64,000 nucleotides of DNA. Source: Candidatus Moraniibacteriota bacterium. GTDB taxonomy: Bacteria > Patescibacteriota > Minisyncoccia > Moranbacterales > UBA2206. The translations under genes and the position numbers were made by a program. Under the pieces are notes generated by a model. That model worked only from the letters and a program-made list of their open reading frames with translations. It ran no database searches and had not been told where the DNA came from. The first letter of the stretch is position 1, and each line of letters opens with the position of its first letter. Where the stretch lies: assembly GCA_037137555.1 (NCBI GenBank), contig JBAXKA010000002.1, forward strand, positions 3,133 to 67,132. Reading direction: 5' to 3'. Shown here one piece after another: positions 39,807 through 50,156 of this stretch.

Positions 39807-41657
39807 TTAAGCTTGCTCTTCTTCGCTAAATTCTTTTTTGGCTTTTTCAATATCCAAAAGTTGTGATGGATCGGTGGTGATGATTTGATCTTCAGAATAG
39901 GACGCCACAACTTTAATCGCAACATGATTTGTGCCAGCGAAAAAAATACCTTCGCCAACATTACTTTCTAGGAGCAAAAATTTCTCTTGATCAGTCAAAT
40001 AGAAAGTATCGGAAATAACATCAATACCGGCTGGAGATTGTTTTAATAATAATTGCAAAGAAGAATTGGTCACAATTGCTTTGCCATAACGAGAAGACAA
40101 AAAGTCATTAACATCTTGCGTAATAGTTGTGAGGCCAGTGAAATATTTGCGACAACGCTTAGCAAGACCAAACAAAAATGAAGCGGCGTCTTCATATTTC
40201 ATCATAACCCAAGCTTCATCAACCAGAACAATGCGTTTTTTTACATTAGTGCGCATTTCATTCCAAACAAATTGTAGGATAATATACATCGCCACTGGAC
40301 GCAATTCTTCTTCCATATCGCGGATATTAAAAACAACGAGCTGGTTATCAACTTTAATGTTTGTGGCGTGATTGAGAAAGCCAGCAAAAATTCCTTCCGT
40401 ATATTTTTCCAAACGAACTGCTAAAACTTCTCCGCCGTCCAGACTACGCAAAACTTGATAGAGATCAGACATTGTGGGAAAAGCATCTTTTCCCAGTGTG
40501 TTGAAATCGGCTTCGGCTGTTATGTCTTTGATGCTGTATGTTTCATGAATAGCCCGATCCAAAACAGAATCTTCTTCTGGTGTAATTGATCCGAGCATAA
40601 TATGCAAAAGTCCCAAAAGATTGGCAATATTATTACGCAATATATCTTCCGGATCGTCATCTTCACCAACGCGAGGAAGATCAAAAGGATTGAGATGGCT
40701 GTTGGAATTGAGTGAAATTTTAATAAAAGTGCCTTCGATCGTCTCGCAAAGATGTTTATATTCATTTTCCGGATCAATAATAATCACATCAGTGCCGATC
40801 ATAATTGAACGCAAAACTTCCAGCTTGACAGTATAACTTTTTCCAGCACCAGATTTAGCAAAAACAACCATGTTGGCATTTTCCATTTGAAAACGATCAA
40901 AAATAATCAAACTATTATTGTGGCGATTGACGCCATATAAAATTCCCGTGTTAGATGAAAGCGTCGATGAAACAAACGGAAAGGTTGTGGAAAGTGGAGA
41001 ACTATTCATATTCATTCCCACATCTAATTCGTCATTAGCGAGAGGCAAACAAGAATTAAAACCTTGTTCGGATTTAAAAACGGCTGGTTTGACATAGATC
41101 AATTGAGCTTCAAGAATGGCTTCGATGCTTTTGATGCTTTTCGTTACGGCCTGTTCACTGTCGCCATAAGCGGTGATATAAAGTGAAAAACGAAAGAATT
41201 TTTCTGTGCCTTGTTGCAACTTATCTCGCAGTTCATCAATATCTTGTTGGGCAGTTTCCAAAGAAGGATCACGAATTAAACCTTTGCTTTGTTCGATTTG
41301 GATTTGCGATTCAACTTGCGTAGCACTTTTTTTGAGCGTTTTCAAGATATCATAAGTATCCACTGGATGGATAAACATAGAAATATCAATTGGCATATCA
41401 ATATTGATGATTGGAGAAAACCAATTGCTGTGCAAATATCTCGGATAAGCAATAATAAAAATTGTTTGGGCGATTGTTTCCCCGATGCGAATGGATTTTG
41501 GCATAATTTGAATGGCAGCGGGAGCAATAATATCATTGAGTCTGGCAAGGCCTTCTTGATAATATTTTTCTGATTCCAAAACGCTATCTTGCGGAGGAGC
41601 AATTTTTTTTTCCGAAGCGATATCAGTCGCATCTTTTTTGGCGAAAGGGTTGAGCAT
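39807..41657 (-). CDS. virB4: VirB4-like T4SS ATPase
   Basis: AKSGAGKS Walker A, IIDPENEY, LNPFDL, VDEAW Walker B, RKY..TQDV.DF. Confidence 0.9.
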   Translation of the reverse strand: MLNPFAKKDATDIASEKKIAPPQDSVLESEKYYQEGLARLNDIIAPAAIQIMPKSIRIGETIAQTIFIIAYPRYLHSNWFSPIINIDMPIDISMFIHPVDTYDILKTLKKSATQVESQIQIEQSKGLIRDPSLETAQQDIDELRDKLQQGTEKFFRFSLYITAYGDSEQAVTKSIKSIEAILEAQLIYVKPAVFKSEQGFNSCLPLANDELDVGMNMNSSPLSTTFPFVSSTLSSNTGILYGVNRHNNSLIIFDRFQMENANMVVFAKSGAGKSYTVKLEVLRSIMIGTDVIIIDPENEYKHLCETIEGTFIKISLNSNSHLNPFDLPRVGEDDDPEDILRNNIANLLGLLHIMLGSITPEEDSVLDRAIHETYSIKDITAEADFNTLGKDAFPTMSDLYQVLRSLDGGEVLAVRLEKYTEGIFAGFLNHATNIKVDNQLVVFNIRDMEEELRPVAMYIILQFVWNEMRTNVKKRIVLVDEAWVMMKYEDAASFLFGLAKRCRKYFTGLTTITQDVNDFLSSRYGKAIVTNSSLQLLLKQSPAGIDVISDTFYLTDQEKFLLLESNVGEGIFFAGTNHVAIKVVASYSEDQIITTDPSQLLDIEKAKKEFSEEEQA

Positions 41658-41682
41658 ATTTTTAAGCTTATTTTTTTTAAAT

Positions 41683-42369
41683 TTATTTTAGTTCCATTTT
41701 TTCTGTGTCGATATAGCCCTTAGTATCAAAGACTGTTGGGTTATAGGCATTGAATAATAATTCAATCAATTCTGGTGTTTTGAGTGGGGCGATGCGAACT
41801 CCAATGCCAGAAAGTCCGGCCGTGAGATGATCAACTCTTTGAAAAATTTGGCTCTTGTAGGTTTCAAAATTTTCTCTTTTTTCTAGAATATTTCTCTTGG
41901 GATTGAGCATGCTGGAAAAATTACTGAAAAAACTTTTTTCTTGATTTTCAATTGGAGCAAATGGCACAACTAAATAAAAAGTTTTGTCCATAATGTCAGA
42001 CATAGAAACCAATTGAGTGATAAAATTTTTATATTCAGAAATTTGCAAACGCATCAATTCGGTTTTTTGTTGTTTTTCTTTTTCGGTTAAAAACTCCACA
42101 TAAGAATCAATATTTAATTTTCGTGAGCTGATGAGGATTTGCAGGGGAAAATCAACCGAGTTGAGAAAATTTTGATATTGACTAATGATGGCTTCTTGTT
42201 CGTCAGTCGCTTTCAATTCAAAATTGATAGCAGAAACTTCCAGCACCGCCCGTAGCGATCCATTTTTGAGAACAATTACATCTTCTTTGACTTCCGCGAC
42301 ATCCAAATATTGTTGTGTTGGTGAAGCGGCTGCTTGTTTGGCGAGTTTTTGTGAATAAAGTTTTTCCAT
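41683..42369 (-). CDS. T4SS-associated protein (VirB4 N-terminal/TraC-like)
   Basis: VLEVSAINFELK..EQEAII..FLNS.DFPLQI; located between prgI and virB4. Confidence 0.65.
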   Translation of the reverse strand: MEKLYSQKLAKQAAASPTQQYLDVAEVKEDVIVLKNGSLRAVLEVSAINFELKATDEQEAIISQYQNFLNSVDFPLQILISSRKLNIDSYVEFLTEKEKQQKTELMRLQISEYKNFITQLVSMSDIMDKTFYLVVPFAPIENQEKSFFSNFSSMLNPKRNILEKRENFETYKSQIFQRVDHLTAGLSGIGVRIAPLKTPELIELLFNAYNPTVFDTKGYIDTEKMELK

Positions 42370-42373
42370 AGTT

Positions 42374-42769
42374 TTATTTTAGTCTTGTGTCTAATAATTT
42401 GGAAACATCAGCGACTCGTTGTGAATCAAATCGCTTTTTTTCAATTACAGGTATTGAAACTTGTTTGACGGCATCTCGTTGAATTTTTTCTGGTGTGCGA
42501 TGCCAAAGATATCTTTTTGGTCGAGTGGCAAACATAACAGATGAAATAATAAATTTAATCAGTGGTTGATTGTATGGTCGATAAAAAGCCAGTGAGCCAA
42601 AAATTAAACCAACAATGATAGCGGAAATAACAAAAGCGGATTGATCAAAAAGTCCATAGCAGAATAATAAAATAACGGCTCCGGCTGCGAGCCAGCCGAG
42701 TTGTTTGGCGGTGAGTGGTCCGACAATTTTATCTTCAATATCAATAAATTGGGGAACGCTGAAGATCAT
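42374..42769 (-). CDS. PrgI family protein (VirB3-like)
   Basis: VPQFIDIEDKIVGPLTAKQ, two TM helices, RPKRYLW. Confidence 0.85.
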   Translation of the reverse strand: MIFSVPQFIDIEDKIVGPLTAKQLGWLAAGAVILLFCYGLFDQSAFVISAIIVGLIFGSLAFYRPYNQPLIKFIISSVMFATRPKRYLWHRTPEKIQRDAVKQVSIPVIEKKRFDSQRVADVSKLLDTRLK

Positions 42770-42793
42770 AAGCTTTATTTAAAAAATATTTTT

Positions 42794-44008
42794 TTATTCC
42801 TCTCTTAAGTCTAACACATTTTTGGGAACTTGTCTCGGAGCAGAATAATTTATGCGAGCAACTGGCAAGCGGGAGGGATAATTTTTTTGAATTGGTTGGA
42901 TTGTTTGCGGAATTTCCGGTGGTTTTTCAGTGGATAATGTTTGCGGTGAAGAAAAATGAATGTTGCTGGTGGTGTTTTCAATTTTGTTTTCAGCTATATT
43001 TTTATTTTCCAGTATTTCTTTTTGGGGCAAGTCTCTTCTCCAGGCACTGATGCGATCTTCATCAGATTGAAATTTTTGTTGTGGTTGAGAAACTTTTTGG
43101 GTGGGATAATAATTTTCTTGACCGCGTCGGATTTCGGCTGGTTCCAGTTCATTATTGCGAAAATTAGGTCTAAATGGCGGTCTTTTTAGTGCTTGTGGTT
43201 GAGCAATAACTTTTTTTTCTGGCAAACTAAAAAGGACTTGTTTGGTGACAGTATTCACTGTGAGCGGAATATTATTTTCAAGAGAATCAATAATAATAGT
43301 TAATTTTTCACGATCAGTTTCTGAAAGTGTGCGAGTGTTTTCATTTTTGAAAAGATAATTTCCTCGCACGATTGGATCGTGGTTGCTGATGCCAACAGTA
43401 AAAGTGTAATCAGAAAGCCAATTTTTAATCGATGGTCGCACTGGTTCAGGAAAAATTTTCAATTTAATGTGTGCCGAAGTGATCAACTGTTCACCAAGCG
43501 CCGCATATTTTTCGATAGCGATTGAGATGGGGAGTTTTTCGAGTTGAGCTTGTTGTTTTTTTAATGTTTCTTCTTCTTTTCTTCGTTCTTGTGCTTTTTC
43601 TTTTTCTTCTTCCATGATCCATGGTTCTAATTCTAGAACTTTTTTCCACGCTTCATCTTCAGAAAGTAACGGAGCTGATTTTTTCTTTGACCATTCTTCG
43701 AGCAAGCCTTGTGCATCTTTGAAAAAATCGGGAAAACGAGCATAAATTCGATTGTTTATTTCATACGAAATACCAAAAATAATTTGCTCGGCTTGTTTCA
43801 AGTCTTTGGCGATTATTGCTGGATAATCTTTTAGTTTTATTTCGTCGATGAAAATAAGGGCGATTGGACTAGACAAAAAAGCAACAAAATTTTCTTCTAG
43901 CCCATACATAAAACAAACTTTTTCAACTTCAAAATACGGGATATCTGATGAAAGAAAATCTTGTAATATTTTCGGCAGTTTACTTTTTTTCTCTAAATAA
44001 TTATTCAT
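42794..44008 (-). CDS. hypothetical cytoplasmic protein
   Basis: 404-aa ORF co-oriented in the cluster; PSIKNWLSDY motif; low-complexity tail ending VLDLRE. Confidence 0.7.
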   Translation of the reverse strand: MNNYLEKKSKLPKILQDFLSSDIPYFEVEKVCFMYGLEENFVAFLSSPIALIFIDEIKLKDYPAIIAKDLKQAEQIIFGISYEINNRIYARFPDFFKDAQGLLEEWSKKKSAPLLSEDEAWKKVLELEPWIMEEEKEKAQERRKEEETLKKQQAQLEKLPISIAIEKYAALGEQLITSAHIKLKIFPEPVRPSIKNWLSDYTFTVGISNHDPIVRGNYLFKNENTRTLSETDREKLTIIIDSLENNIPLTVNTVTKQVLFSLPEKKVIAQPQALKRPPFRPNFRNNELEPAEIRRGQENYYPTQKVSQPQQKFQSDEDRISAWRRDLPQKEILENKNIAENKIENTTSNIHFSSPQTLSTEKPPEIPQTIQPIQKNYPSRLPVARINYSAPRQVPKNVLDLREE

Positions 44009-44028
44009 TGTAGATGTGAAAAAAATAA

Positions 44029-46299
44029 TTAGGTCCTATGGCGTAGGTCTGGATCCCCGTTCGCTCTTGCAAGATTTTTTGCCCCTCTTGTTCCAGCATT
44101 AGGATTAGCTAATGCAGTGGCGTTAGTTCTTATGGCAGTAAATAATGCAGATTGAGCTACTCCATCGTTGGCATTAATAATATCTTTTATTTTACTAGGA
44201 TCTAGATTGTTGGCGAACTCAGCCATTAGACCTGCATTGTTGGTTGTGGTTGTATCCATTCTTTTTGCTGTATCACCATTAAATCTTTGCATGAGATAAG
44301 CCCTCGTGGCAACATCATTTGCGCTATTAGAGGAAATACCAGCATGAAATGTTCCGGTTTGAGCAAAATGTGCTGTTTGAACTCTTGTGGCTGTTTGAAG
44401 CTGATCATCAAGAGCTAGCCATGCAGCACTTCCTTTTGTTTCTAAATTTCTCAATGCATTGATTCCCGAGATATTTTGTAGGTCAGGAGCGCTGGCTGCG
44501 TTGTCAAGAGAAGCGGCGATCGCTCTTGTATAAGCAGGGCCTTTCTTCCTTGCTTTTTCCAAGTCATCGTTACTAAGAGCTCCAGTTCTAAGTCCAATAT
44601 CCATTACCCTATCGTTTCTAAGTGCATCAGCACCTAATTTATCAGGATTAAAATTGTCGCTTTGCATGTAGCGCGTTAATCCTGCTTCATCAAGAACGCC
44701 ATTGTGCGTGAAAACAGCTTCAGGGGCAGAGGCCTTCATTTTGCTTTCTAATTGCCTAGTTACTTGACTGTCATTGCCAAATTGTTGACGCACATTATTC
44801 AATTGTGCTCCTGTTGCTAAGCCTCTTGCTGCGAGTTCTATTGTAGCAGCTGCTCTTTCAAATTTATTTCCTGATGTAGCCAATAGCTCCAAGTCTAAAT
44901 CTTCTGCTGTTGCGACAGCATTTTGCTCTCCTGCCTTTTTCATTTTTGCTGCTTGATCAGATTCATACCGCAATCTCGCATCTGTCCCACCAATAATTTT
45001 TCCTCGCAAGCGATCTTGTTGACTTCCCAAATTTCCGCCAAGTTTATTTGCCCAAGAATCTTCTTTGGCTTTGGCTCTTCTTGAGCTATAAGCTTTGTGA
45101 GTGTCTTTGATAAATTGTCCACCACTCACTTTCATACCAACATTCTTCATCAACTTCGTCCCCGCACCCACCACCGCTTTCGCCCCATGAATTCCCGACT
45201 CTTGTGCTTTGATGATGCCGAGCCAAAGAATGATGATTGGGATTGCGAAAAAAGAAGCGGAGGCAATAAATTTTCCAAGCGTATCTCCGAAACCACCTTG
45301 ACCAGCAACGGTTTGTAGTCCAGCTATTTTTTTCATACTTCCGCCGGAATCAGAAATGGCTATAATCATTTGCGTGGCAACATAAAGCATAAAAACCATA
45401 ATCGGCCCGGCGAAACATTGTTGCATAAAATCTTTCCACCATTTGCTTCCAGCTTCAGCTAATGCTGTGCCGGGTAGAATTGATCCTACAAAAGCAATTG
45501 GGGAAAAAATAACATAAACAGCAAGCGTGATTGTTCGGATAACCAAGAGAACAGCAATGATGAGTAGTGTGATAGCGAAAATAAAAGTAAAAATAACTAC
45601 AGACAAAAGAAAAAGAGTATCCGTATTTTCGGTGGTAGGTGCAAAAATTTGATCAAGACCGCTCGCATCAATAATTGTCATAAAAGAATTTGATCCGCCG
45701 ATTTTTCCGAGGAAGCCATACATCATCATATTTGATGCATCAATAATAAAACGGGCAATGGGATAGCTGAAATTGACAAGCAGTGCCATGATGACAAGAT
45801 TGAGTAAAACTTTTTTGTAATTAAAGTTGGCAGCGGATTGAAAAATTGTAGCAAAGGCGGAAAACAAAAGCACCATAATAAAAGCGACATTAAAAACATC
45901 GCGAACGGTGCGCCATATTTGATAGATAATTTTATTGTCAATCACCGCCTTCATATTAGTTGGATTGACAATCCATTGAAATATTGTTTCAGCTAGTGAA
46001 AGAAGAAAGCCCGTGAATTTTAGTGCCAGCTTGAGAATTGGAATGATAATATATTTTTCTCCCCATGTTACTGACGAATCACCAGCAATCTCCGTATTTG
46101 TTTTTATTTGCTCAGGGGCTGTTGATCCGAGTTCTGCAGATGAATTGTCTCCAGAAAAAACATTAGCAGAAATTATCTTGGTGGAACTTATAAACGGCAA
46201 AATAAACGCAACAAAAAAAATCGCTAACAAAATTGTTTGTTTGTTTTTTTGAAAAAAAGTATTAACCTTTTTTTGTTTTAGCTTTGAGAAAAAAAACAT
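44029..46299 (-). CDS. VirB6/TrbL-like polytopic membrane protein with long C-terminal extension
   Basis: WRTVRDVFN, ALLVNFS, IDASN, R.I.L..IFSPIAF..LPG..KWW..FAGP. Confidence 0.75.
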   Translation of the reverse strand: MFFFSKLKQKKVNTFFQKNKQTILLAIFFVAFILPFISSTKIISANVFSGDNSSAELGSTAPEQIKTNTEIAGDSSVTWGEKYIIIPILKLALKFTGFLLSLAETIFQWIVNPTNMKAVIDNKIIYQIWRTVRDVFNVAFIMVLLFSAFATIFQSAANFNYKKVLLNLVIMALLVNFSYPIARFIIDASNMMMYGFLGKIGGSNSFMTIIDASGLDQIFAPTTENTDTLFLLSVVIFTFIFAITLLIIAVLLVIRTITLAVYVIFSPIAFVGSILPGTALAEAGSKWWKDFMQQCFAGPIMVFMLYVATQMIIAISDSGGSMKKIAGLQTVAGQGGFGDTLGKFIASASFFAIPIIILWLGIIKAQESGIHGAKAVVGAGTKLMKNVGMKVSGGQFIKDTHKAYSSRRAKAKEDSWANKLGGNLGSQQDRLRGKIIGGTDARLRYESDQAAKMKKAGEQNAVATAEDLDLELLATSGNKFERAAATIELAARGLATGAQLNNVRQQFGNDSQVTRQLESKMKASAPEAVFTHNGVLDEAGLTRYMQSDNFNPDKLGADALRNDRVMDIGLRTGALSNDDLEKARKKGPAYTRAIAASLDNAASAPDLQNISGINALRNLETKGSAAWLALDDQLQTATRVQTAHFAQTGTFHAGISSNSANDVATRAYLMQRFNGDTAKRMDTTTTNNAGLMAEFANNLDPSKIKDIINANDGVAQSALFTAIRTNATALANPNAGTRGAKNLARANGDPDLRHRT

Positions 46300-46301
46300 A
46301 A

Positions 46302-47327
46302 TTATTTTTTATATAATGCACCTGGGCCATAAGCGTTGACTTTTTTGTTGACTTGATTAACGGCTTTGTCTGTTACTTTATTAACTTCTTTGTTGATTTT
46401 ATTTTCTACACCAGAAATTGTTTTGTTCACGGCTCCGGCAATGGCCTTGGAAACAGTGGCAGCCACTAATTCGCCAATACTTGTGGCACTGGAAATGGCT
46501 AGGTTTGGTAGATTCTCCATATTTGCTTCCATTTCTTTATATAATATACCAGGCTTTGCGATCATGCCGTCGATTTTTTCACTAAGAAATCCTCCACCAG
46601 CAATACCTTCAGCTGTGGCTGTGGCTTTTTCCTTGGCAAGAGCTGTGTTGTATTCTGCTCTGATAGCTGAATCGGCATCCCAGATTGTATTGCCTCCATT
46701 GCCATCACCCATTAAGTAGAGATTCATATTGGCAAGCGAATCACTTTGAAACATTTCAGCTGGATCTCCGTCGTAACTTAATCGCCATTCTTTTGGTTCA
46801 GTTATATTTTCTCCCAATGTTTGAATATTTTCAGAGAGACTGCTACTGGTAATGTCAGCTGCATCATCGCCCAAGACAGCGCCTCTGCCAAAACCTTCAC
46901 CGGCAATGGTGCTGGCGCCGAGGACAGAATTAGAGGCTTTTTTATAATTAACACTACCTCTGCCAGAAGTAAGGCGACTAATATAGTCGTTGGCATAGTT
47001 TGTGGCATTTCTTTTAGGATTATTGACCAAATAATCTTCCCAGTTGGTAATAAATCTGGCGCCATTGCCACCGACACCGGAAATAAAACGATCCATTTGT
47101 TTGGAAAGCATTTTGATGGCGGCTTGTTTCAATGATCCCATCATCATGCCCTTGATTGAATAGGAAATTTCTGCTACGACTGTTTCATAGACAGAAGCAG
47201 CCATTGCATCCCAGGCTTGAGCTTTTTTAGGACAGGAAAAAGAAAATAAGATTAATAAAAAAATAAAAAAACCAGAAATAATTTTTTGGGAAAAATAAAC
47301 TTTTTGTTTTAGTGGGTTTTTTTGCAT
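46302..47327 (-). CDS. hypothetical secreted protein
   Basis: Signal peptide (KKAQA), helical body. Confidence 0.7.
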   Translation of the reverse strand: MQKNPLKQKVYFSQKIISGFFIFLLILFSFSCPKKAQAWDAMAASVYETVVAEISYSIKGMMMGSLKQAAIKMLSKQMDRFISGVGGNGARFITNWEDYLVNNPKRNATNYANDYISRLTSGRGSVNYKKASNSVLGASTIAGEGFGRGAVLGDDAADITSSSLSENIQTLGENITEPKEWRLSYDGDPAEMFQSDSLANMNLYLMGDGNGGNTIWDADSAIRAEYNTALAKEKATATAEGIAGGGFLSEKIDGMIAKPGILYKEMEANMENLPNLAISSATSIGELVAATVSKAIAGAVNKTISGVENKINKEVNKVTDKAVNQVNKKVNAYGPGALYKK

Positions 47328-47343
47328 GAAATTTTGTGTTTTG

Positions 47344-48450
47344 CTATGGGGTTGTTGTTTCTGTTGTCGTTGTTGCTGTTGTGTTGGTTGTTTGCAGTGC
47401 TTCTAGTTCGCTTAAATCTTTTGGTGCGTTGATGCCATAACTTTTTAATTTATTTTGGACTGTTTCGTCATAAGTTAAACCATATTCGGCTATTTTACTT
47501 TGGGCTTCGGTGGCAAAATCACTAAAAATAGTAATGAAGCCTTGCAATTTGGAAAGATTAGCAATGTCGCCCATCGGATCATCACCTTTAGATTGAAAAA
47601 GTGTGCCAATATTTGCAGTATAGAGTGCAAAGCGCAAGGCCTTTTTGTGAATTGCTAGAAAATCTTCTGGCACTTCCACCGCCATTAATTGTTCAACGAT
47701 CTTTTTTTGACTAGCGACAAGATCTTTTAATCCAGAAGCACTTTGTGTTGTGATGGCCGTTGTGATTATGGAAGTGATGTTGGAAAGCATGCCAGATGCA
47801 TCTGTGATTGAGGTGATTGGTTTTGGCGAATTGCTGGTGAAAATATAAGTTACGGCGGCAATATAATCCAAGAAATCTTCTTTCTTTTTGGCTTTGGCTT
47901 TTTCTTCGCTGAGCTTGCTATAATTTTGTTTTTTTATTTTTATGGCTGATTCGTCAATCTCAGGCAGATCACTTTCAGAAATTATACTGGGAGACATAGC
48001 TTGATCGATGGTTGCTTGCAAATCGTCTAGTGAAATTGGTTTTCCGTCAGCATTGGATTTGTCGGTCAGTTCGGCTAATTTTTGAGCAACATCTTCAGTG
48101 AGATTTTTTTCTGAAGAATCGCCAAGCACATCACTAATATTTTCTGCATTTACTGGTGCGGAAATTGCGTTTGATGCTGGCGTCTGAATAAGTTTGTCGC
48201 CTGGTGCTTTTTTTAGGGGGTCGTAACCACTACGAACTTCCGTTCCATCAGAATAGCCATCGCCATCAGTATCGGGATTGGCCGGATTGGTGCCATAAAT
48301 TTTTTCTTCTTCATCAGACAAACCATCTTGATCACTATCAAGAAAAATACTTTTTGTTGTTGTATTTTCAGCGCCAACATAAAAAGCAAAACTGGAAAGA
48401 ATCAAGCTCGAAAGAATGAAAAAAGCAAAGTTGATATTTTTTATTTTCAT
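47344..48450 (-). CDS. secreted protein with calcium-binding thrombospondin type 3-like repeat
   Basis: DSDQDGLSDEEE..GTNP..PDTDGDGYSDG.EV..GYDP; TGCTATAAT 8 nt upstream of the ATG at 48450. Confidence 0.75.
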   Translation of the reverse strand: MKIKNINFAFFILSSLILSSFAFYVGAENTTTKSIFLDSDQDGLSDEEEKIYGTNPANPDTDGDGYSDGTEVRSGYDPLKKAPGDKLIQTPASNAISAPVNAENISDVLGDSSEKNLTEDVAQKLAELTDKSNADGKPISLDDLQATIDQAMSPSIISESDLPEIDESAIKIKKQNYSKLSEEKAKAKKKEDFLDYIAAVTYIFTSNSPKPITSITDASGMLSNITSIITTAITTQSASGLKDLVASQKKIVEQLMAVEVPEDFLAIHKKALRFALYTANIGTLFQSKGDDPMGDIANLSKLQGFITIFSDFATEAQSKIAEYGLTYDETVQNKLKSYGINAPKDLSELEALQTTNTTATTTTETTTP

Positions 48451-48533
48451 ATACAAAAATTATAGCACACTAAGTGTTAAGTTGTGAAGAGCTGAGTGCT
48501 TTATTTTTTTGGGCATTTGGGTATAATTAAGTT

Positions 48534-50144
48534 ATGCAAAAATTACGCCAATTTAGCGAGGAGATTATGGGGAAAAAAATCGAGCCAATTTTTTGGTTTG
48601 TGAATTTTTTTGGCATTATTGTGTTGCGATTATATTTGGATAAATTTATTGCCAAATCCAGCACGCCTTTGTTTGATTTGATTATGGATGTGCATAATTT
48701 ACTGTTTTTTTTCTTGGCTTTTTCTCTGGTTTGGCTTGTGGCAAGTAAAATACTCAGAAAAACGCCTTTTGATTTAGCTTATTTAATGCTCCTTGCATCG
48801 TTGGCAATTATCTTTCCACCAATTTTTGATTTAATTAAAACGGGCAAAGAAGTTTTTTGGAGTTTTTATTTAATCAGTTCGCCGAGTGATTTACTTTGGC
48901 AATACGGCACTATTTTTGGTCATCTTCCTCCCGGAATTATTTATTTTGGCACAAAAATTACTTTTATTCTGGGAATCTTGGCGATAGCGAGTGTGGTATT
49001 TTTGAAAACTAAAAAAATTTCTAAGACAATTTTGACAGCCATTGGAACATATTCAGCTTTATTTTTGATGGCTGCCTTTCCGTCATTGTTTTATTATGTT
49101 GCACGATTATTTTCAGAAAAAAATGGTTCTGCGCTATATTCATTTGAAATTATCCAATTTTTTGCACAAGCAAGATTTTTTGCTATCGAGTTGGCCGATC
49201 CGATCTATGCCTTGGCGTATAATTTGAATTTGATTTATTTTCCATTAAGTATTGCGGTGTTAAGTTATTTTTTTTGGAAATCAAAACCGAAAATGTTTTG
49301 GGCGGTTGTGTATAATCTGCGTTATCCACAGGTTATCTTTCACAGTGGACTGTTGTTTCTAGGCTTAGGGATTGGTTTTGTGGTCTATCCAGAAAATTTT
49401 AGTTTGAATTTATTTTCTGTGCTGGCGGTTTTGGTTATTTTAATCAGTGTTTTTTTAGCTTGGGAAGCCTCGGTGATTGTGAATGATATTTTCGATTATC
49501 GCGTTGATCTTTTGTCCAATCCGGAAAGGCCATTGCAGAAAGAAATTTTTACTTTTAATCAATATGCTCAATTGGGAGCGTTATTGTTTTTTTTGTCAAT
49601 CATTGGCGGGCTTTTAGTGCAATATAAATTTGGAATTTTACTTTTTGTGTATCAAATTCTCGCTTGGTTTTATTCAGCCGAGCCATTTCGCCTAAAAAGA
49701 TTTACGCCACTCGCCTCTTTGCTCAGCGCCTTGACCTTGCTCACCGTCTTTTTCTCGGGTTTTATTTTTTTCTCGCCTGGTCAAACTATTGAGCGACTTT
49801 CTTGGCGAATTATTTTTCTATTGTTGATTGCTTATACGATTTCTCTGCCAATTAAAGATTTTAAAGATATTGAAGGTGATAAAAATGATGGTGTCAGAAC
49901 GATTCCAGTTATTTTTGGCGAGGAAAAAGGTCGCCTAATTATTGCCGTGGGTTTTTTTGTTTCGTTTATGTTAAGTGTTTTTTTTCTGAACGAATTTCGA
50001 CTTTTTTGGTGGGCGATTTTGTTTGGTAGTAGCTCTTTTTTAATTATGCTTAATAAGAAAATCCACCCGAGAAAAGTTTTTTGGTGGATTTTGCCCGTTG
50101 TTGCAATTTATGGTTTTCTAGCAGTAAAAATTATTTTTTTCTAG
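48534..50144 (+). CDS. UbiA family prenyltransferase with extra N-terminal membrane domain
   Basis: NDIFDYRVD..NPERPL, YSAEPFRLK, KDFKDIEGD..GVRTIP in the C-terminal half. Confidence 0.85.
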   Translation: MQKLRQFSEEIMGKKIEPIFWFVNFFGIIVLRLYLDKFIAKSSTPLFDLIMDVHNLLFFFLAFSLVWLVASKILRKTPFDLAYLMLLASLAIIFPPIFDLIKTGKEVFWSFYLISSPSDLLWQYGTIFGHLPPGIIYFGTKITFILGILAIASVVFLKTKKISKTILTAIGTYSALFLMAAFPSLFYYVARLFSEKNGSALYSFEIIQFFAQARFFAIELADPIYALAYNLNLIYFPLSIAVLSYFFWKSKPKMFWAVVYNLRYPQVIFHSGLLFLGLGIGFVVYPENFSLNLFSVLAVLVILISVFLAWEASVIVNDIFDYRVDLLSNPERPLQKEIFTFNQYAQLGALLFFLSIIGGLLVQYKFGILLFVYQILAWFYSAEPFRLKRFTPLASLLSALTLLTVFFSGFIFFSPGQTIERLSWRIIFLLLIAYTISLPIKDFKDIEGDKNDGVRTIPVIFGEEKGRLIIAVGFFVSFMLSVFFLNEFRLFWWAILFGSSSFLIMLNKKIHPRKVFWWILPVVAIYGFLAVKIIFF

Positions 50145-50156
50145 CAGTAAGAATTA

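Noticed and set aside
32190-48456. Integrative conjugative element
   Set aside because: No relaxase, coupling protein, integrase or att repeats seen; composition similar to flanks
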